DNA of 64,000 bases, from assembly GCA_015059335.1 (NCBI GenBank), contig SVAP01000007.1, positions 1,752 to 65,751 on the forward strand. The letters are read 5' to 3'. The DNA is from Bacillota bacterium (GTDB lineage: Bacteria > Bacillota_I > Bacilli_A > RF39 > UBA660). Position numbers and translations under genes: made by a program. This document shows, piece by piece, positions 44,924 through 55,337 of this stretch; within the stretch, counting starts at the first letter, position 1; the number at the start of each line of letters is the position of its first letter. Under the pieces are notes generated by a model, which worked only from the letters and a program-made list of their open reading frames with translations, did not search any database and had not been told where the DNA came from.

Positions 44924-45400
44924 ATGAAAAAAATGAATAGAAAAGGTTTTACATTAATCGAATTATTAGCAGTTATCGTAGTTTTAGCTATTATCTTAGT
45001 TATTACAGTGCCAACAATTTTAAATACTCTTGGAGATACTAGAAAAGATGCTTTTGAAGCGGGTGCAAATTCTGTGGCAGATTGGTTTGAAAAAAATTAT
45101 TCACTTGCACAATTAGATTCAACAAAATCAAATTCAGTATATAACACATGGGCTGGTCTTGATACTACAGCAACAACTGACGATGTAACTGTAGATACTG
45201 AAACAAACCTTACTGCAAATGTTATTGTAGCTGCAGGTTTAAATGCAACTGACGTTAATGCTACATCATCAACTGTTAAAATCAAAAAAAATGGTAGAGC
45301 ATGTGTTAAACTTGTTGCTGGTACAGGTACAGGTGCTAAGTTTAGTGGTCAAGGTACAGTTTATAGTTCTGGATGTGAAGCAGCAGATAAATCTAATTAA
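44924..45400 (+). CDS. Type IV pilin-like protein, candidate major subunit (158 aa)
   Basis: MKKMNRKG|FTLIELLAVIVVLAIILVITVPTIL. C-terminal Cys pair (RACVKL...SSGCEA) resembles a D-region disulfide. RBS AGGAGG. Locally higher G+C and Thr/Ala-rich composition. Confidence 0.85.
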   Translation: MKKMNRKGFTLIELLAVIVVLAIILVITVPTILNTLGDTRKDAFEAGANSVADWFEKNYSLAQLDSTKSNSVYNTWAGLDTTATTDDVTVDTETNLTANVIVAAGLNATDVNATSSTVKIKKNGRACVKLVAGTGTGAKFSGQGTVYSSGCEAADKSN

Positions 45401-45402
45401 TT

Positions 45403-45429
45403 AAAAGCTCAAATGAGCTTTTTTCTTTT
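45403..45429 (+). terminator. Rho-independent terminator of the pilin gene
   Basis: AAAAGCTC-AAAT-GAGCTTTT followed by a T-run. Confidence 0.8.
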
Positions 45430-45473
45430 GTCTAAAATATGATACAATATATGTGTTAGAAAGTAGTGATAAT

Positions 45474-46406
45474 ATGAATTTAATAATTGGTTCTCATGTT
45501 TCCTTTACAAAGGATAAACAATTACTTGGATGTATAGAGGAAACATTAAGTTATGGTGCTAATACATTTATGTTTTATACAGGTGCGCCTCAAAATACAA
45601 ATAGAATAGCGATAGATCCAAATAAAACAATTTTAGCGCTGGAATTAATGAAGGAAAATAATATAGATTATAACAATGTAATTGTTCACGCTCCATATAT
45701 CATTAATCTAGCAAATAACTCCGATGATGAAAAATGGAATTTTGCAATTAATTTTTTAAAACAAGAAATTGATAGATGTGAAACATTAGGTATAACTAAG
45801 TTAGTACTTCATCCGGGTAGTCATGTTGGATTAGGTGAAGAAACTGGTATTCAAAATATTATTGATGCATTAAATATAGTTTTAGATAGACCTAGTAATG
45901 TTATTATTTGTATTGAAACTATGGCTGGTAAGGGTAGTGAATGTGGTAAAAGCATTAATGAAATAAAACAAATAATAAACGGAATTAATAATAAAGATAG
46001 AATTGGTGTATGTTTAGATACTTGTCATTTAAATGATGCTGGATATGATATTGAGAGTTTTGATGAATATTTAGATATGTTTGATAAAGAAATAGGTATT
46101 GATAAAATTAAATGTGTTCATATAAATGATAGTAAAAATGTTAGGGGTATGAGTAAAGATAGACATGAAAATTTTGGATTAGGTACATTAGGGTTTGATA
46201 CTCTTATTAATGTGATATATAATGAGAGACTAAAAGATGTTCCTAAAATTTTAGAAACTCCATATGTTAGTATTGATGATAATAGTAAAGAAAAGATGTT
46301 CCCTCCTTATAAATTTGAAATTGAAATGATTAGAAATAAAAAGTTTAATGATAACTTAATTTCTGATATAAGGGAATATTATAAAAATAAAAATCACAAG
46401 ATATAA
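45474..46406 (+). CDS. nfo: Endonuclease IV
   Basis: IGSHVS, HAPYIINLA, LHPGSH, LDTCH, HINDS metal-ligand blocks. The track ORF opens at 45453. Confidence 0.9.
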   Translation: MNLIIGSHVSFTKDKQLLGCIEETLSYGANTFMFYTGAPQNTNRIAIDPNKTILALELMKENNIDYNNVIVHAPYIINLANNSDDEKWNFAINFLKQEIDRCETLGITKLVLHPGSHVGLGEETGIQNIIDALNIVLDRPSNVIICIETMAGKGSECGKSINEIKQIINGINNKDRIGVCLDTCHLNDAGYDIESFDEYLDMFDKEIGIDKIKCVHINDSKNVRGMSKDRHENFGLGTLGFDTLINVIYNERLKDVPKILETPYVSIDDNSKEKMFPPYKFEIEMIRNKKFNDNLISDIREYYKNKNHKI

Positions 46407-46434
46407 TTTTAAAAATCTTGTGATTTTTTATTTT
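46391..46434 (+). terminator. Terminator, 12-bp stem AAATCACAAGAT/ATCTTGTGATTT
   Basis: 5' arm lies in the last codons of nfo. The T-run follows. Confidence 0.7.
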
Positions 46435-46500
46435 AAATATTCTATTTCTGTAATTATGAAATGTTTTTAGAAAGTGTTACTATGTAGATGGTGATTATAC

Positions 46501-47430
46501 ATGGATAAATATTACAATAATATTAAAGTATTAATAGAAAACAATATAATTGAGGTTAAGAAACAAGAGATAAGTGTGAATAATCATACTTTGATGACTT
46601 ATTTTAATGTAGGTAAATTATTAGTTGAAGCTCAAGGTGGAGAAACGCGTGCGAAGTATGGAAATGGTTTAATTAAAAGGTATTCAAATAAATTAACATT
46701 AGAGTATGGTAAGGGTTATGATTATACGAATTTGAGTAGAATGAGGGATTTATATTTATGTTTTCAAAAAGTTGGCACAGTGTGCCAACAATTGAGTTGG
46801 AGTCATTATAGACGTATTTTGCCAATTAAAAATGATTCAAAAAGAAATTATTACATTAATTTAGTAATAGAAAATAGACTAAGTGTTAGACAACTTATTA
46901 ATGAAATAAAAAATAATTCATATGAAAGACTAATTGGTGACAAAGATAATATTGAACTTAAGTATATAAATGATAATAGTAAACAAATGACAATACTAGA
47001 TATGATAAAAGACCCAATATTAATAAGTATTGGTAATACTAAAGTAGATAGATTAACAGAGAAAGCGTTGAAATGTTACATATTAGATAATATTGAGAAG
47101 ATATTATTAGAATTAGGAGTAGGATTTAGTTTTGTAGGTAGTGAGAAAAAGATAAAAGTAGGAGATAGCTATAGATATATTGATTTAGTGTTTTTTAATT
47201 ACAAATTAAATTGTTTTGTATTGATAGAATTAAAAATAAACAAGTTAGATATAAAAGATATAGGACAATTAGAATTTTATGTTAGATATTATAATGATGA
47301 AATTAAAGAAGATTTTCACAATACTACAATAGGGATAATAGTTTGTAAGAAAAATGATAAAAGTATATCAAAATATGGGGATTCTAATATATATGTATCT
47401 AGTTATGAGTTAGTAGGTGACAGTAAGTAA
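46501..47430 (+). CDS. yhcG: YhcG-like DUF1016 protein (PDDEXK nuclease fold)
   Basis: QQLSWSHYRRILPIK and IDLVFFNYKLNCFVLIELK (D...ELK nuclease core). Confidence 0.8.
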   Translation: MDKYYNNIKVLIENNIIEVKKQEISVNNHTLMTYFNVGKLLVEAQGGETRAKYGNGLIKRYSNKLTLEYGKGYDYTNLSRMRDLYLCFQKVGTVCQQLSWSHYRRILPIKNDSKRNYYINLVIENRLSVRQLINEIKNNSYERLIGDKDNIELKYINDNSKQMTILDMIKDPILISIGNTKVDRLTEKALKCYILDNIEKILLELGVGFSFVGSEKKIKVGDSYRYIDLVFFNYKLNCFVLIELKINKLDIKDIGQLEFYVRYYNDEIKEDFHNTTIGIIVCKKNDKSISKYGDSNIYVSSYELVGDSK

Positions 47431-48158
47431 TGAATTATTATAATGAGATAAAACACGAATTAATAAATAATGAAGTAAATAGAAAAGTAAAAAGTTATTC
47501 AATAAACAGAAGCGATTTAAACACATATTATATCGTTGGAAAAATGTTAAGTGAAGCAGGTAAGCATTATGGCGAGGGTATTATAAGAGAATATTCTGAA
47601 AAATTAACTTTAGAAGTTGGTAAAGGATATGGGATATCTAATTTAAAAAGAATGCGACAATTTTATTATATGATTGAAAAAGGTGCCCCTTTAGGGCACC
47701 AATTGTCTTGGAGCCATTATAGGGAATTATTACCTATAAAAGATATTAATGAAATTAAATATTATATACATCTTTGTGAAAAATTAAACTTAACAAGAGA
47801 TGAATTAAAACTCAAAATAAAAAGTAAAGAGTATGAAAGATTACCAGAAGTTACAAAAGATAAATTAATTAATAATGATAAATCTAGTGTAATTGATTAT
47901 GTGAAAAATCCTATTATTATTAAAAATAACAATTATAAAATTGTATCTGAAAAGCTATTACAAAAACTAATATTAGAAGATATACCAATATTTTTAAAAG
48001 AACTTGGATTTGGTTTTACTTTTATTGATAATGAATACAAAATAATAAGTACGTTATAAAATATTGTTCAGATGAAAGGATAATTGCTAGAGAATATGTA
48101 GTTATATAATAATTCAAATATTTATGTATCTAGTTATGAATTAATTGATAATAATTGA
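47430..48158 (+). pseudogene. Decayed second YhcG/DUF1016 copy (N-terminal 209 aa intact, nuclease core deleted, C-terminal scraps)
   Basis: HQLSWSHYRELLPIK is retained and the ORF stops at 48059 before any D...E-x-K core. Scraps follow: YCSDERIIAREYVVI* (about 48062-48109) and NSNIYVSSYELIDNN* (48111-48158). Confidence 0.65.
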
Positions 48159-48225
48159 CGTAAAATGCTGTAATATATTAGATATTATTAGTTATTTATG
48201 ATACAATTTAATATAGGTGATATAT

Positions 48226-49188
48226 ATGCAAAATATTAAGGTTGTATTTATGGGCACACCAGAATTTAGTGTACCAGTATTAGAAGGATTAATTGAGAAT
48301 TATGATGTGATTGGTGTAGTAACACAACCTGATAAAAAGGTTGGTAGAAAACAAGAAATAAAATTTTCTAGTGTTAAAGAAGTTGCGTTAAAGAACAATA
48401 TAAAAATATTACAACCAGAAAAAATAAGAACTGATTATAATTCTATATTAGAATTAAATCCAGATATAATAATAACATGTGCATATGGTCAAATAATTCC
48501 TGAGGAAATTTTAAACTATCCTAAATATGGATGTATAAATGTACATGCATCACTATTACCCAAATTAAGGGGTGGCGCTCCAATCCATAAATCAATAATT
48601 TATGGCTATGATAAAACAGGAATAACAATAATGTATATGGATAAAAAAATGGATTCTGGAGATATAATAAGCCAGGAAGAAATCAAAATAGAAGATAATT
48701 TTAATACAGGTGTTTTACACGATAAATTATCAATTATTGGAAAAGAGTTACTATTAAAAACATTACCACATATCATTAGTGGTGATATTAAACCAGTTAA
48801 ACAAGTAGAAGAAGAAGTAACATATGCGTGGAATGTTAGTAAGGAAGAAGAAATAATAGATTTTGATAAAACTACAAGAGAAGTTTTTAATCAAATAAGA
48901 GGACTTAATCCATTTCCAGGAGCTTATAGTATTTTAGATGATAAAGTAATAAAAATATATGAATGTAGGATAGGTAATAATAAATCTACTAATCCTGGTG
49001 AGATAATAGAAATATATAACGATGGGATTGGTGTTAGTACTAAAGATGGTGAAATAATTATTACTAAAATTAAACCATTTGGAAAAAAAATGATGGATGT
49101 AAAAGATTATTTAAATGGTATTAAAGATAAAAAAGAATTATTAAAGAAGAGGTTTGAAGATTATGAAAGAATTAAAAAAAGTATTTAG
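48226..49188 (+). CDS. fmt: Methionyl-tRNA formyltransferase
   Basis: KVVFMGTPEFSVPVL, NVHASLLPKLRGGAPI. ATG 48226 follows AGGTGA. Confidence 0.9.
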   Translation: MQNIKVVFMGTPEFSVPVLEGLIENYDVIGVVTQPDKKVGRKQEIKFSSVKEVALKNNIKILQPEKIRTDYNSILELNPDIIITCAYGQIIPEEILNYPKYGCINVHASLLPKLRGGAPIHKSIIYGYDKTGITIMYMDKKMDSGDIISQEEIKIEDNFNTGVLHDKLSIIGKELLLKTLPHIISGDIKPVKQVEEEVTYAWNVSKEEEIIDFDKTTREVFNQIRGLNPFPGAYSILDDKVIKIYECRIGNNKSTNPGEIIEIYNDGIGVSTKDGEIIITKIKPFGKKMMDVKDYLNGIKDKKELLKKRFEDYERIKKSI

Positions 49189-49807
49189 TTATATTAAAAA
49201 AATGTATGAAAATCCAAGAACACGTGCAGCAGTGATACTTGGTATATACTTTGTGTTTTTTGTTTTTCTTTTTATATTAATGAAAGCACCTAATCCAAAT
49301 TCAGATATTAATAATGACAAAATTATTAATTATACTAATATTTCAGAAAATTACAATTATACATATAGTGTTGAAATAGGTAAAAATGATATTACTGATA
49401 AGTATATGTTTACTGGTACAAATGATAATGGGAATATAACTGAAAAAGTAGAATTATATAATAATGTTTCTAAAAAATATGAAGAAATATTTGATTATGA
49501 AGATATTAATCCTAAATTTATTGATTTAAATACTGTTATTTCTTATGTAAATGATATAAAAGAAGAATTTACTACAGAATATAAAGATGGTACAATTCAA
49601 AAAAATTATTTAGTGGAGTTAAATACAATTGATAATAATATTAATCAAAGTGGAACAGTGGAAATAAATGTATATGAAAAAGATTTATTTATTACAAAAA
49701 TAATAATTGATGGAACTAATTTTGATAGTAAATCAAATGAGAATGTAACTAATTCAAAATATATATTAGAATATAGTAAAATAAATAAAGATACTATTAA
49801 AGAATAA
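49163..49807 (+). CDS. Membrane-anchored hypothetical protein
   Basis: One N-terminal TM helix (AAVILGIYFVFFVFLFILM), Asn/Ile-rich ectodomain. Overlaps the fmt 3' end. Confidence 0.5.
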   Translation: MKELKKVFSYIKKMYENPRTRAAVILGIYFVFFVFLFILMKAPNPNSDINNDKIINYTNISENYNYTYSVEIGKNDITDKYMFTGTNDNGNITEKVELYNNVSKKYEEIFDYEDINPKFIDLNTVISYVNDIKEEFTTEYKDGTIQKNYLVELNTIDNNINQSGTVEINVYEKDLFITKIIIDGTNFDSKSNENVTNSKYILEYSKINKDTIKE

Positions 49808-49843
49808 TTATATTTATTCTTTTTTAATAGAACGGTGGTTAAC

Positions 49844-52429
49844 ATGAAAAAAGTAATTTTAATTGATGGGAATAATTTATTGTTTAGAAGCTACTATGCT
49901 ACTGCATATAATGGAAATTTTATGAAAAATTCTAAAAATTTTCCTACAAATGCATTATTTGGATTTGTTAATATGATTAATAAAATTATAGAAGAGGAAA
50001 ATCCAATATATATATTAGTGGCATTTGATAAAGGAAAGACTTTTAGACATGATAAATATGATTTTTATAAACAAGGTAGAATTGAAACTCCAAATGAATT
50101 AAAGGTACAATTTCCAATTGCTAAAGAAATACTTACAAACATGGGTATTAAATATTTAGAAGTAGATAATTATGAAGCAGATGATATTATAGGAACATTT
50201 GCAAGAATGTGTGATGAAAATGATGATTATGATGCTACCATAATAAGTAGTGATAAAGATTTATTACAATTAATTTCATCTGATGTTGATGTAAAGCTTT
50301 TAAAACAAAAAGATTATATTAGAATGAATGAAAATACTTTCTATGAAACATATGGAATTAACCCAATAAATATCATCGATTTAAAAGCATTGCAAGGTGA
50401 TCCTTCTGATAATATTCCTGGGGTAAAAGGTATTGGTGAGAAAACAGCTCTAACTTTACTTAAAGAATATCAAACAATAGAAAATATTTATGAAAATATT
50501 GATAATATAAAAGGTAAAGTAAAAGAAAAGTTAATTGCAGATAAAGATATGGCATTTAAAAGTAAAGAAATAGCTACAATTTATAAATATGTACCAATTG
50601 ACATAAGTTTTGAAGATATAAAATTAGAAAAAGAAAATAATGAAAAATTAATTAGTCAATTTGAGGATTTGGAATTTTATTCATTTATAAAGAAAAGAGA
50701 GAAAACAAGACAACAAGAAATAGTATTAGAAAAAGAACCGATAATAATTAATAATATAAATGAAATACATATAGATGGTGATTGTGGGATATATTTAGAA
50801 CTTAATAGTGAAAATTATCATACTGCCAATATATATGGAATGGGTGTTTATAATAATGATATTAGTTACTATATACCATTTAATATATTAAAAGAAAATC
50901 CTGAATTTTTATTAAAAAATATAAAATATACTTATGACATTAAAAAAGTTATTACTTCTCTTAGATGGCATAATATAAATATTTCTAATATAGCATTTGA
51001 TACGATGATTGCAGCATATCTATTAAATTATAATGTAAAAGATGATATTAGTTATTTAGCAAGTATTAAGGGTTATGATATAGAGTTTTATGATAACATA
51101 AAAAAAGATAAGGAACTTGATGATAAAAAATTAGCTAAAATAACTACTAACAAAGCTAAATTTATATATGAAACATATAATGAATTTAAAAATAATATTA
51201 TTAAAGAAAATGTTAATGATTTATATTATAATATTGAACTACCTTTAGCGTATGTACTTTCTGATATGGAATATACTGGAATTAATGTAGATAAAAATAT
51301 ATTAGATGAAATGGGAATTCAAATACAAAACAAAATTAATTCTGTTCAAAATGAAATTTATGAACTATGTGGTGTTGAATTTAACATTTCTTCACCTAAA
51401 CAACTTGGTGAAGTATTGTTCGAAAAATTAAATTTAAAAGGTGGTAAAAAAACTAAGAGTGGTTATTCAACAAATGTAAGTGTATTACAAAAATTAGTTG
51501 ATAAGCATCCTTCTATAGAAAAAATAATGGAATATAGAACACTAACTAAATTATATAGTACATATGTAGAAGGTTTAAAAAACATGATTTTATCAGATGG
51601 AAAAATTCATACAATATATACACAAACATTAACTAGAACTGGTAGATTATCCAGTGTTGAACCAAATCTTCAAAATATTCCAATTAGATATGAGGAAGGT
51701 AGATTAATTCGTAAGGCATTTGTTCCAAGTAATGATAGTGTATTAATTTCAAGTGATTATTCCCAAATTGAATTGCGTATTTTAGCGCACATTTCAAATT
51801 CAGAAAATCTTGTTAATGCATTTAATTCAGGAATTGATATACATACTAAAACAGCTTCTGAAATTTATGATGTTCCAACAAGTGAAGTAACTAAAAATAT
51901 GAGAAGAACTGCAAAAGCTGTTAACTTTGGTATTGTATATGGAATTAGTAGTTTTGGATTAAGTGAAAACTTAGATATAGATACTAAATCGGCAAAAGAA
52001 TTTATCGATAAATATTTAGATACTTTTAAAGGTGTTAAAGAATATATGGATAGTATTGTAAGCTATGCATATTCTAATGGATATGTTAAAACATTGATGA
52101 ATAGAAAAAGGGTTATTGATGAATTAAATAATACAAACTATATGATTAGACAGCAAGGTGAAAGAATTGCTTTAAATACACCAATACAAGGGACTAGTGC
52201 GGATATAATAAAAAAAGCAATGGTTGATGTGTTTGAAGAATTTAAAAAACAAAATATTAAGAGTAAAATGATTCTTCAAGTACATGATGAACTTATATTT
52301 GATTGTGTAAAAGAAGAAAAAGAGATAGTTTCTAAAATTATTAAAGAAACTATGGAAAATGTAATTAAACTTAATGTGCCGTTGGAAGTTGAAATAGATA
52401 GTGGTGATAATTGGTATGATGCAAAATGA
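49844..52429 (+). CDS. polA: DNA polymerase I
   Basis: 5'-nuclease N-terminus (LIDGNNLLFRSYYA). Pol motifs DYSQIELRILAH, RRTAKAVNFGIVYG, QVHDELIF. Ends with TGA. Confidence 0.95.
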   Translation: MKKVILIDGNNLLFRSYYATAYNGNFMKNSKNFPTNALFGFVNMINKIIEEENPIYILVAFDKGKTFRHDKYDFYKQGRIETPNELKVQFPIAKEILTNMGIKYLEVDNYEADDIIGTFARMCDENDDYDATIISSDKDLLQLISSDVDVKLLKQKDYIRMNENTFYETYGINPINIIDLKALQGDPSDNIPGVKGIGEKTALTLLKEYQTIENIYENIDNIKGKVKEKLIADKDMAFKSKEIATIYKYVPIDISFEDIKLEKENNEKLISQFEDLEFYSFIKKREKTRQQEIVLEKEPIIINNINEIHIDGDCGIYLELNSENYHTANIYGMGVYNNDISYYIPFNILKENPEFLLKNIKYTYDIKKVITSLRWHNINISNIAFDTMIAAYLLNYNVKDDISYLASIKGYDIEFYDNIKKDKELDDKKLAKITTNKAKFIYETYNEFKNNIIKENVNDLYYNIELPLAYVLSDMEYTGINVDKNILDEMGIQIQNKINSVQNEIYELCGVEFNISSPKQLGEVLFEKLNLKGGKKTKSGYSTNVSVLQKLVDKHPSIEKIMEYRTLTKLYSTYVEGLKNMILSDGKIHTIYTQTLTRTGRLSSVEPNLQNIPIRYEEGRLIRKAFVPSNDSVLISSDYSQIELRILAHISNSENLVNAFNSGIDIHTKTASEIYDVPTSEVTKNMRRTAKAVNFGIVYGISSFGLSENLDIDTKSAKEFIDKYLDTFKGVKEYMDSIVSYAYSNGYVKTLMNRKRVIDELNNTNYMIRQQGERIALNTPIQGTSADIIKKAMVDVFEEFKKQNIKSKMILQVHDELIFDCVKEEKEIVSKIIKETMENVIKLNVPLEVEIDSGDNWYDAK

Positions 52430-53348
52430 TTTAGATAATATAATTGATGAAGCAATATTTATGTCTAATAACAATAAAAAATATGTTATTGATAGAAATG
52501 TTAGTATTAAAAATAAAAATGTTAAAAAATTAATAATAAACAAGAAAATGGAAATCTTAGTGGGTATCGGAACTGTTATTATATGTACAAGTATATTGTT
52601 TAATACCTTATCCAAAGTTGATAGCAAATCAACATTGGATAATTATGACAATAATAACAATAATAAAGAAATTATTATACAAATACCAAGGCAGGAAAAA
52701 TATATACAAAAATATTGTGATATATATGGATTAAAACCTGATGTAGTAGGTGAATTGTATAAAACTAATAAAGAATATTTTAATTCTATTAATTATTTAA
52801 AAACTAGCGGTTTTGAAAATTATAATGAAGAAGTAGAAATATTAACATTTGTAAGACATTTATATCAAAAACCAGAAGATTTTAATGTTGATAAATCTAT
52901 AATAATAAATCCAAACTCATATATGAATAATAATCTTAAGGAAGAGGTTTTTGTTAAATATCATTCTGATTTATTGGGGATTGATCCTGCATTAGTTTTA
53001 GCAATAGAGTATCAAGAAACTACTTTTAATGAAGAAAGATACGCAAGTGATGTGTATAATGTATATAATAATCCTGCTGGATTAATTGATTTTAATTCTG
53101 GAAAATATTGGGAATTTCCTAGTAAAGAAGCTGGTATTATTGAACATATATATCAATTAAAAAAATATTATATTGATCAAGGTAAAACAACTCCAGAACA
53201 AATAAAACTAAATTATGCTCCAGATAAAGCAAAAAATGATCCTAATGATCTTAATCAATATTGGGTTGAAAATGTTAATTCATTAATGGAAGATATAAAA
53301 AGTAATCCAAATATTTGGAATAATGGTGATTATAAAACTAAAAATTAA
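52416..53348 (+). CDS. Membrane-anchored protein with a glucosaminidase/muramidase-like C-terminal domain (tentative)
   Basis: TM helix (ILVGIGTVIICTSILF). GIDPALVLAIEYQETTFNE...NNPAGL resembles glucosaminidase/SLT-type blocks. Start uncertain (52401-52461). Confidence 0.45.
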   Translation: MMQNDLDNIIDEAIFMSNNNKKYVIDRNVSIKNKNVKKLIINKKMEILVGIGTVIICTSILFNTLSKVDSKSTLDNYDNNNNNKEIIIQIPRQEKYIQKYCDIYGLKPDVVGELYKTNKEYFNSINYLKTSGFENYNEEVEILTFVRHLYQKPEDFNVDKSIIINPNSYMNNNLKEEVFVKYHSDLLGIDPALVLAIEYQETTFNEERYASDVYNVYNNPAGLIDFNSGKYWEFPSKEAGIIEHIYQLKKYYIDQGKTTPEQIKLNYAPDKAKNDPNDLNQYWVENVNSLMEDIKSNPNIWNNGDYKTKN

Positions 53349-53412
53349 TTTTTTTCTTTGTATTATTTAATATTTATTATATAATTATAGTGTTTATGTG
53401 GAGGTGTATATT

Positions 53413-55095
53413 ATGAAACTTAAAAATAGTTTTTTCTATACATTAAGAGAAAATGTCAAAGATGAAGATAGTATAAGTGGCAATTTATTAGTAAGAAGTG
53501 GAATGATAAAAAAAAGTTCTAGTGGGATTTATATGTTTATGCCATTAGGACTTAGGGTATTAAATAAAATTGAAGATATAGTAAGGGATGAAATGAATAA
53601 AAGTGGTGCGACAGAAATCTTAATGCCATCACTAATTCATAGAGAAGTATATGAAAAATCTGGTAGAACAAAACTTTTCGGTAGTAGTGTTTTTACGTTA
53701 GAAGATAGATTTGATAAACCATATGTATTAGGACCTACTCATGAGGAATTGTTTGTTTTAGCTGCTAAGGAAAAAATTAGATCATATAAAGATATGCCAT
53801 TTAATATTTATCAAATACAAAATAAATTTAGAGATGAACCACGTCCTAGATATGGATTAATACGTGTTCGTGAATTTAAAATGAAAGATGCATATTCATT
53901 TGACAAAGATTATGAAAGTTTAGATAAATCATATTCATTGATGTATCAAGCATATAAAAACATATTTGATAGAATGGGTATTCAATATAAAATTGTTAAA
54001 GCAGATACTGGAGTAATGGGTGGATTATTATCTGAAGAATTTCAAGCAATTACGCCTATTGGTGAGGATAGTCTAATTGTTTGTGATAAATGTGATTATT
54101 CTTCTAATATAGAAGTTGCTGAATGTGTATATGATGAAGCAATTATTGAAGAAGAAAAAGAAAGAGAAATGATTCATACTCCTGGTGTTAAAACTATAGA
54201 TGAGGTATCAAATTATTTAAATCTTCCTACATCTAAATTACTTAAATCTGTTGTAGTTAATGCAGATGGTGAAATTATTCTTTGTTTACTTAGAGGTGAT
54301 AGAGAATTAAATGATGTTAAATTATCTAAACTTATTGGTGCTAATAATATAGAAATGGCTACAGAGGAAGAAATAAATAAAATAAGTGTTCAAGGATTTA
54401 TTGGACCAATTGATATAAATGCTAGAGTAGTAATTGATAGTGAAGTAAAAACTATGTTTAACTTTGTTACTGGAGCAAATATCGAAGATTATCATTATAT
54501 AAATGTAAATTTAAAAGATTTTAAATATGATTTAATGGGAGATATTAGATTAATTAGTGATGATGATAAATGTCCTAAATGTGGTGGTAATTTAAAAACA
54601 GTTAAAGGTATAGAAATAGGTAATACATTTAAACTTGGTACTAAATATTCTGAATGTTTAAATCTTAATTATTTAGATGAAAACAATAAATTAAATCCTG
54701 TTGTTATGGGTTGTTATGGAATCGGTATTGGAAGATGTATGGCAGCAGTTGCTGAACAAAACAACGATGAAAAAGGTCTTGTTTGGCCAATGGATATCGC
54801 ACCATACAAAGTAGCAATCATAACTATTAATAATAAAGATGAAGCTCAAATAGAATTCGCTAATAAGTTATATGATGAATTAAATAACTTAGGAATTGAT
54901 ACATTACTTGATGATAGAGATGAAAGAGCTGGAGTTAAATTTAATGATATGGATTTAATAGGTATTCCAGTTAGAATCGTTGTTGGTAAAGGTTTAATAG
55001 ATAATAAAGTTGAAGTTAAATTAAGAAAAGATACTGAGTCAAAAGATATTAGTATTGATGAAGTTATAGATCACATTAAAGATATTACAAAATAA
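53413..55095 (+). CDS. proS: Proline--tRNA ligase (bacterial type with INS editing domain)
   Basis: Class II motifs: FRDEPRPRYGLIRVREFKMKDAYSF and GCYGIGIGR. 560 aa. ATG 53413 follows GGAGGTG. Confidence 0.95.
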   Translation: MKLKNSFFYTLRENVKDEDSISGNLLVRSGMIKKSSSGIYMFMPLGLRVLNKIEDIVRDEMNKSGATEILMPSLIHREVYEKSGRTKLFGSSVFTLEDRFDKPYVLGPTHEELFVLAAKEKIRSYKDMPFNIYQIQNKFRDEPRPRYGLIRVREFKMKDAYSFDKDYESLDKSYSLMYQAYKNIFDRMGIQYKIVKADTGVMGGLLSEEFQAITPIGEDSLIVCDKCDYSSNIEVAECVYDEAIIEEEKEREMIHTPGVKTIDEVSNYLNLPTSKLLKSVVVNADGEIILCLLRGDRELNDVKLSKLIGANNIEMATEEEINKISVQGFIGPIDINARVVIDSEVKTMFNFVTGANIEDYHYINVNLKDFKYDLMGDIRLISDDDKCPKCGGNLKTVKGIEIGNTFKLGTKYSECLNLNYLDENNKLNPVVMGCYGIGIGRCMAAVAEQNNDEKGLVWPMDIAPYKVAIITINNKDEAQIEFANKLYDELNNLGIDTLLDDRDERAGVKFNDMDLIGIPVRIVVGKGLIDNKVEVKLRKDTESKDISIDEVIDHIKDITK

Positions 55096-55124
55096 TTGAC
55101 TATAATTTAAAAAAAATATATAAT
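55096..55124 (+). promoter_or_regulatory. SigmaA promoter of the T-box operon
   Basis: TTGACT (55096-55101), 17-nt spacer, TATAAT (55119-55124). Confidence 0.65.
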
Positions 55125-55139
55125 TAATTCATAAATTAA

Positions 55140-55337
55140 AACAAATGAAAGACGAGTATTAATATATTATATTTATAGAGAGTTAATGATTGGTGGAAAT
55201 TAACATTATAAATATTAAGAAGCTACTTTTTAGTGTAGTTAATAGCTGCCGGGTAAAACCGTTATCAAATTAAGTTAAAACAAGGATGGTACCGTGAAAC
55301 ATTCACTCCTTTTATGGGGTGGGTGTTTTTTATTTTT
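55140..55337 (+). promoter_or_regulatory. T-box riboswitch leader, alanine (GCU) specifier, with terminator/antiterminator
   Basis: Elements found: GA/K-turn GAAAGACGAGTA (55147-55158); AGAGAG (55177-55182); distal TGGTGGAAA (55191-55199); specifier loop GAA-GCT-A (GCT 55222-55224); T-box AAACAAGGATGGTACCGTGAAA (55278-55299); terminator CATTCACTCC/GGGGTGGGTG (55300-55325) plus a T-run. Confidence 0.85.

Noticed and set aside
52172-52627. The longest antisense ORF (151 aa), opposite the polA 3' end and the next gene.
   Set aside because: It spans two real + strand genes. Its translation is low-complexity (FLFLIL, NIIF...) with no RBS and no recognisable motif.
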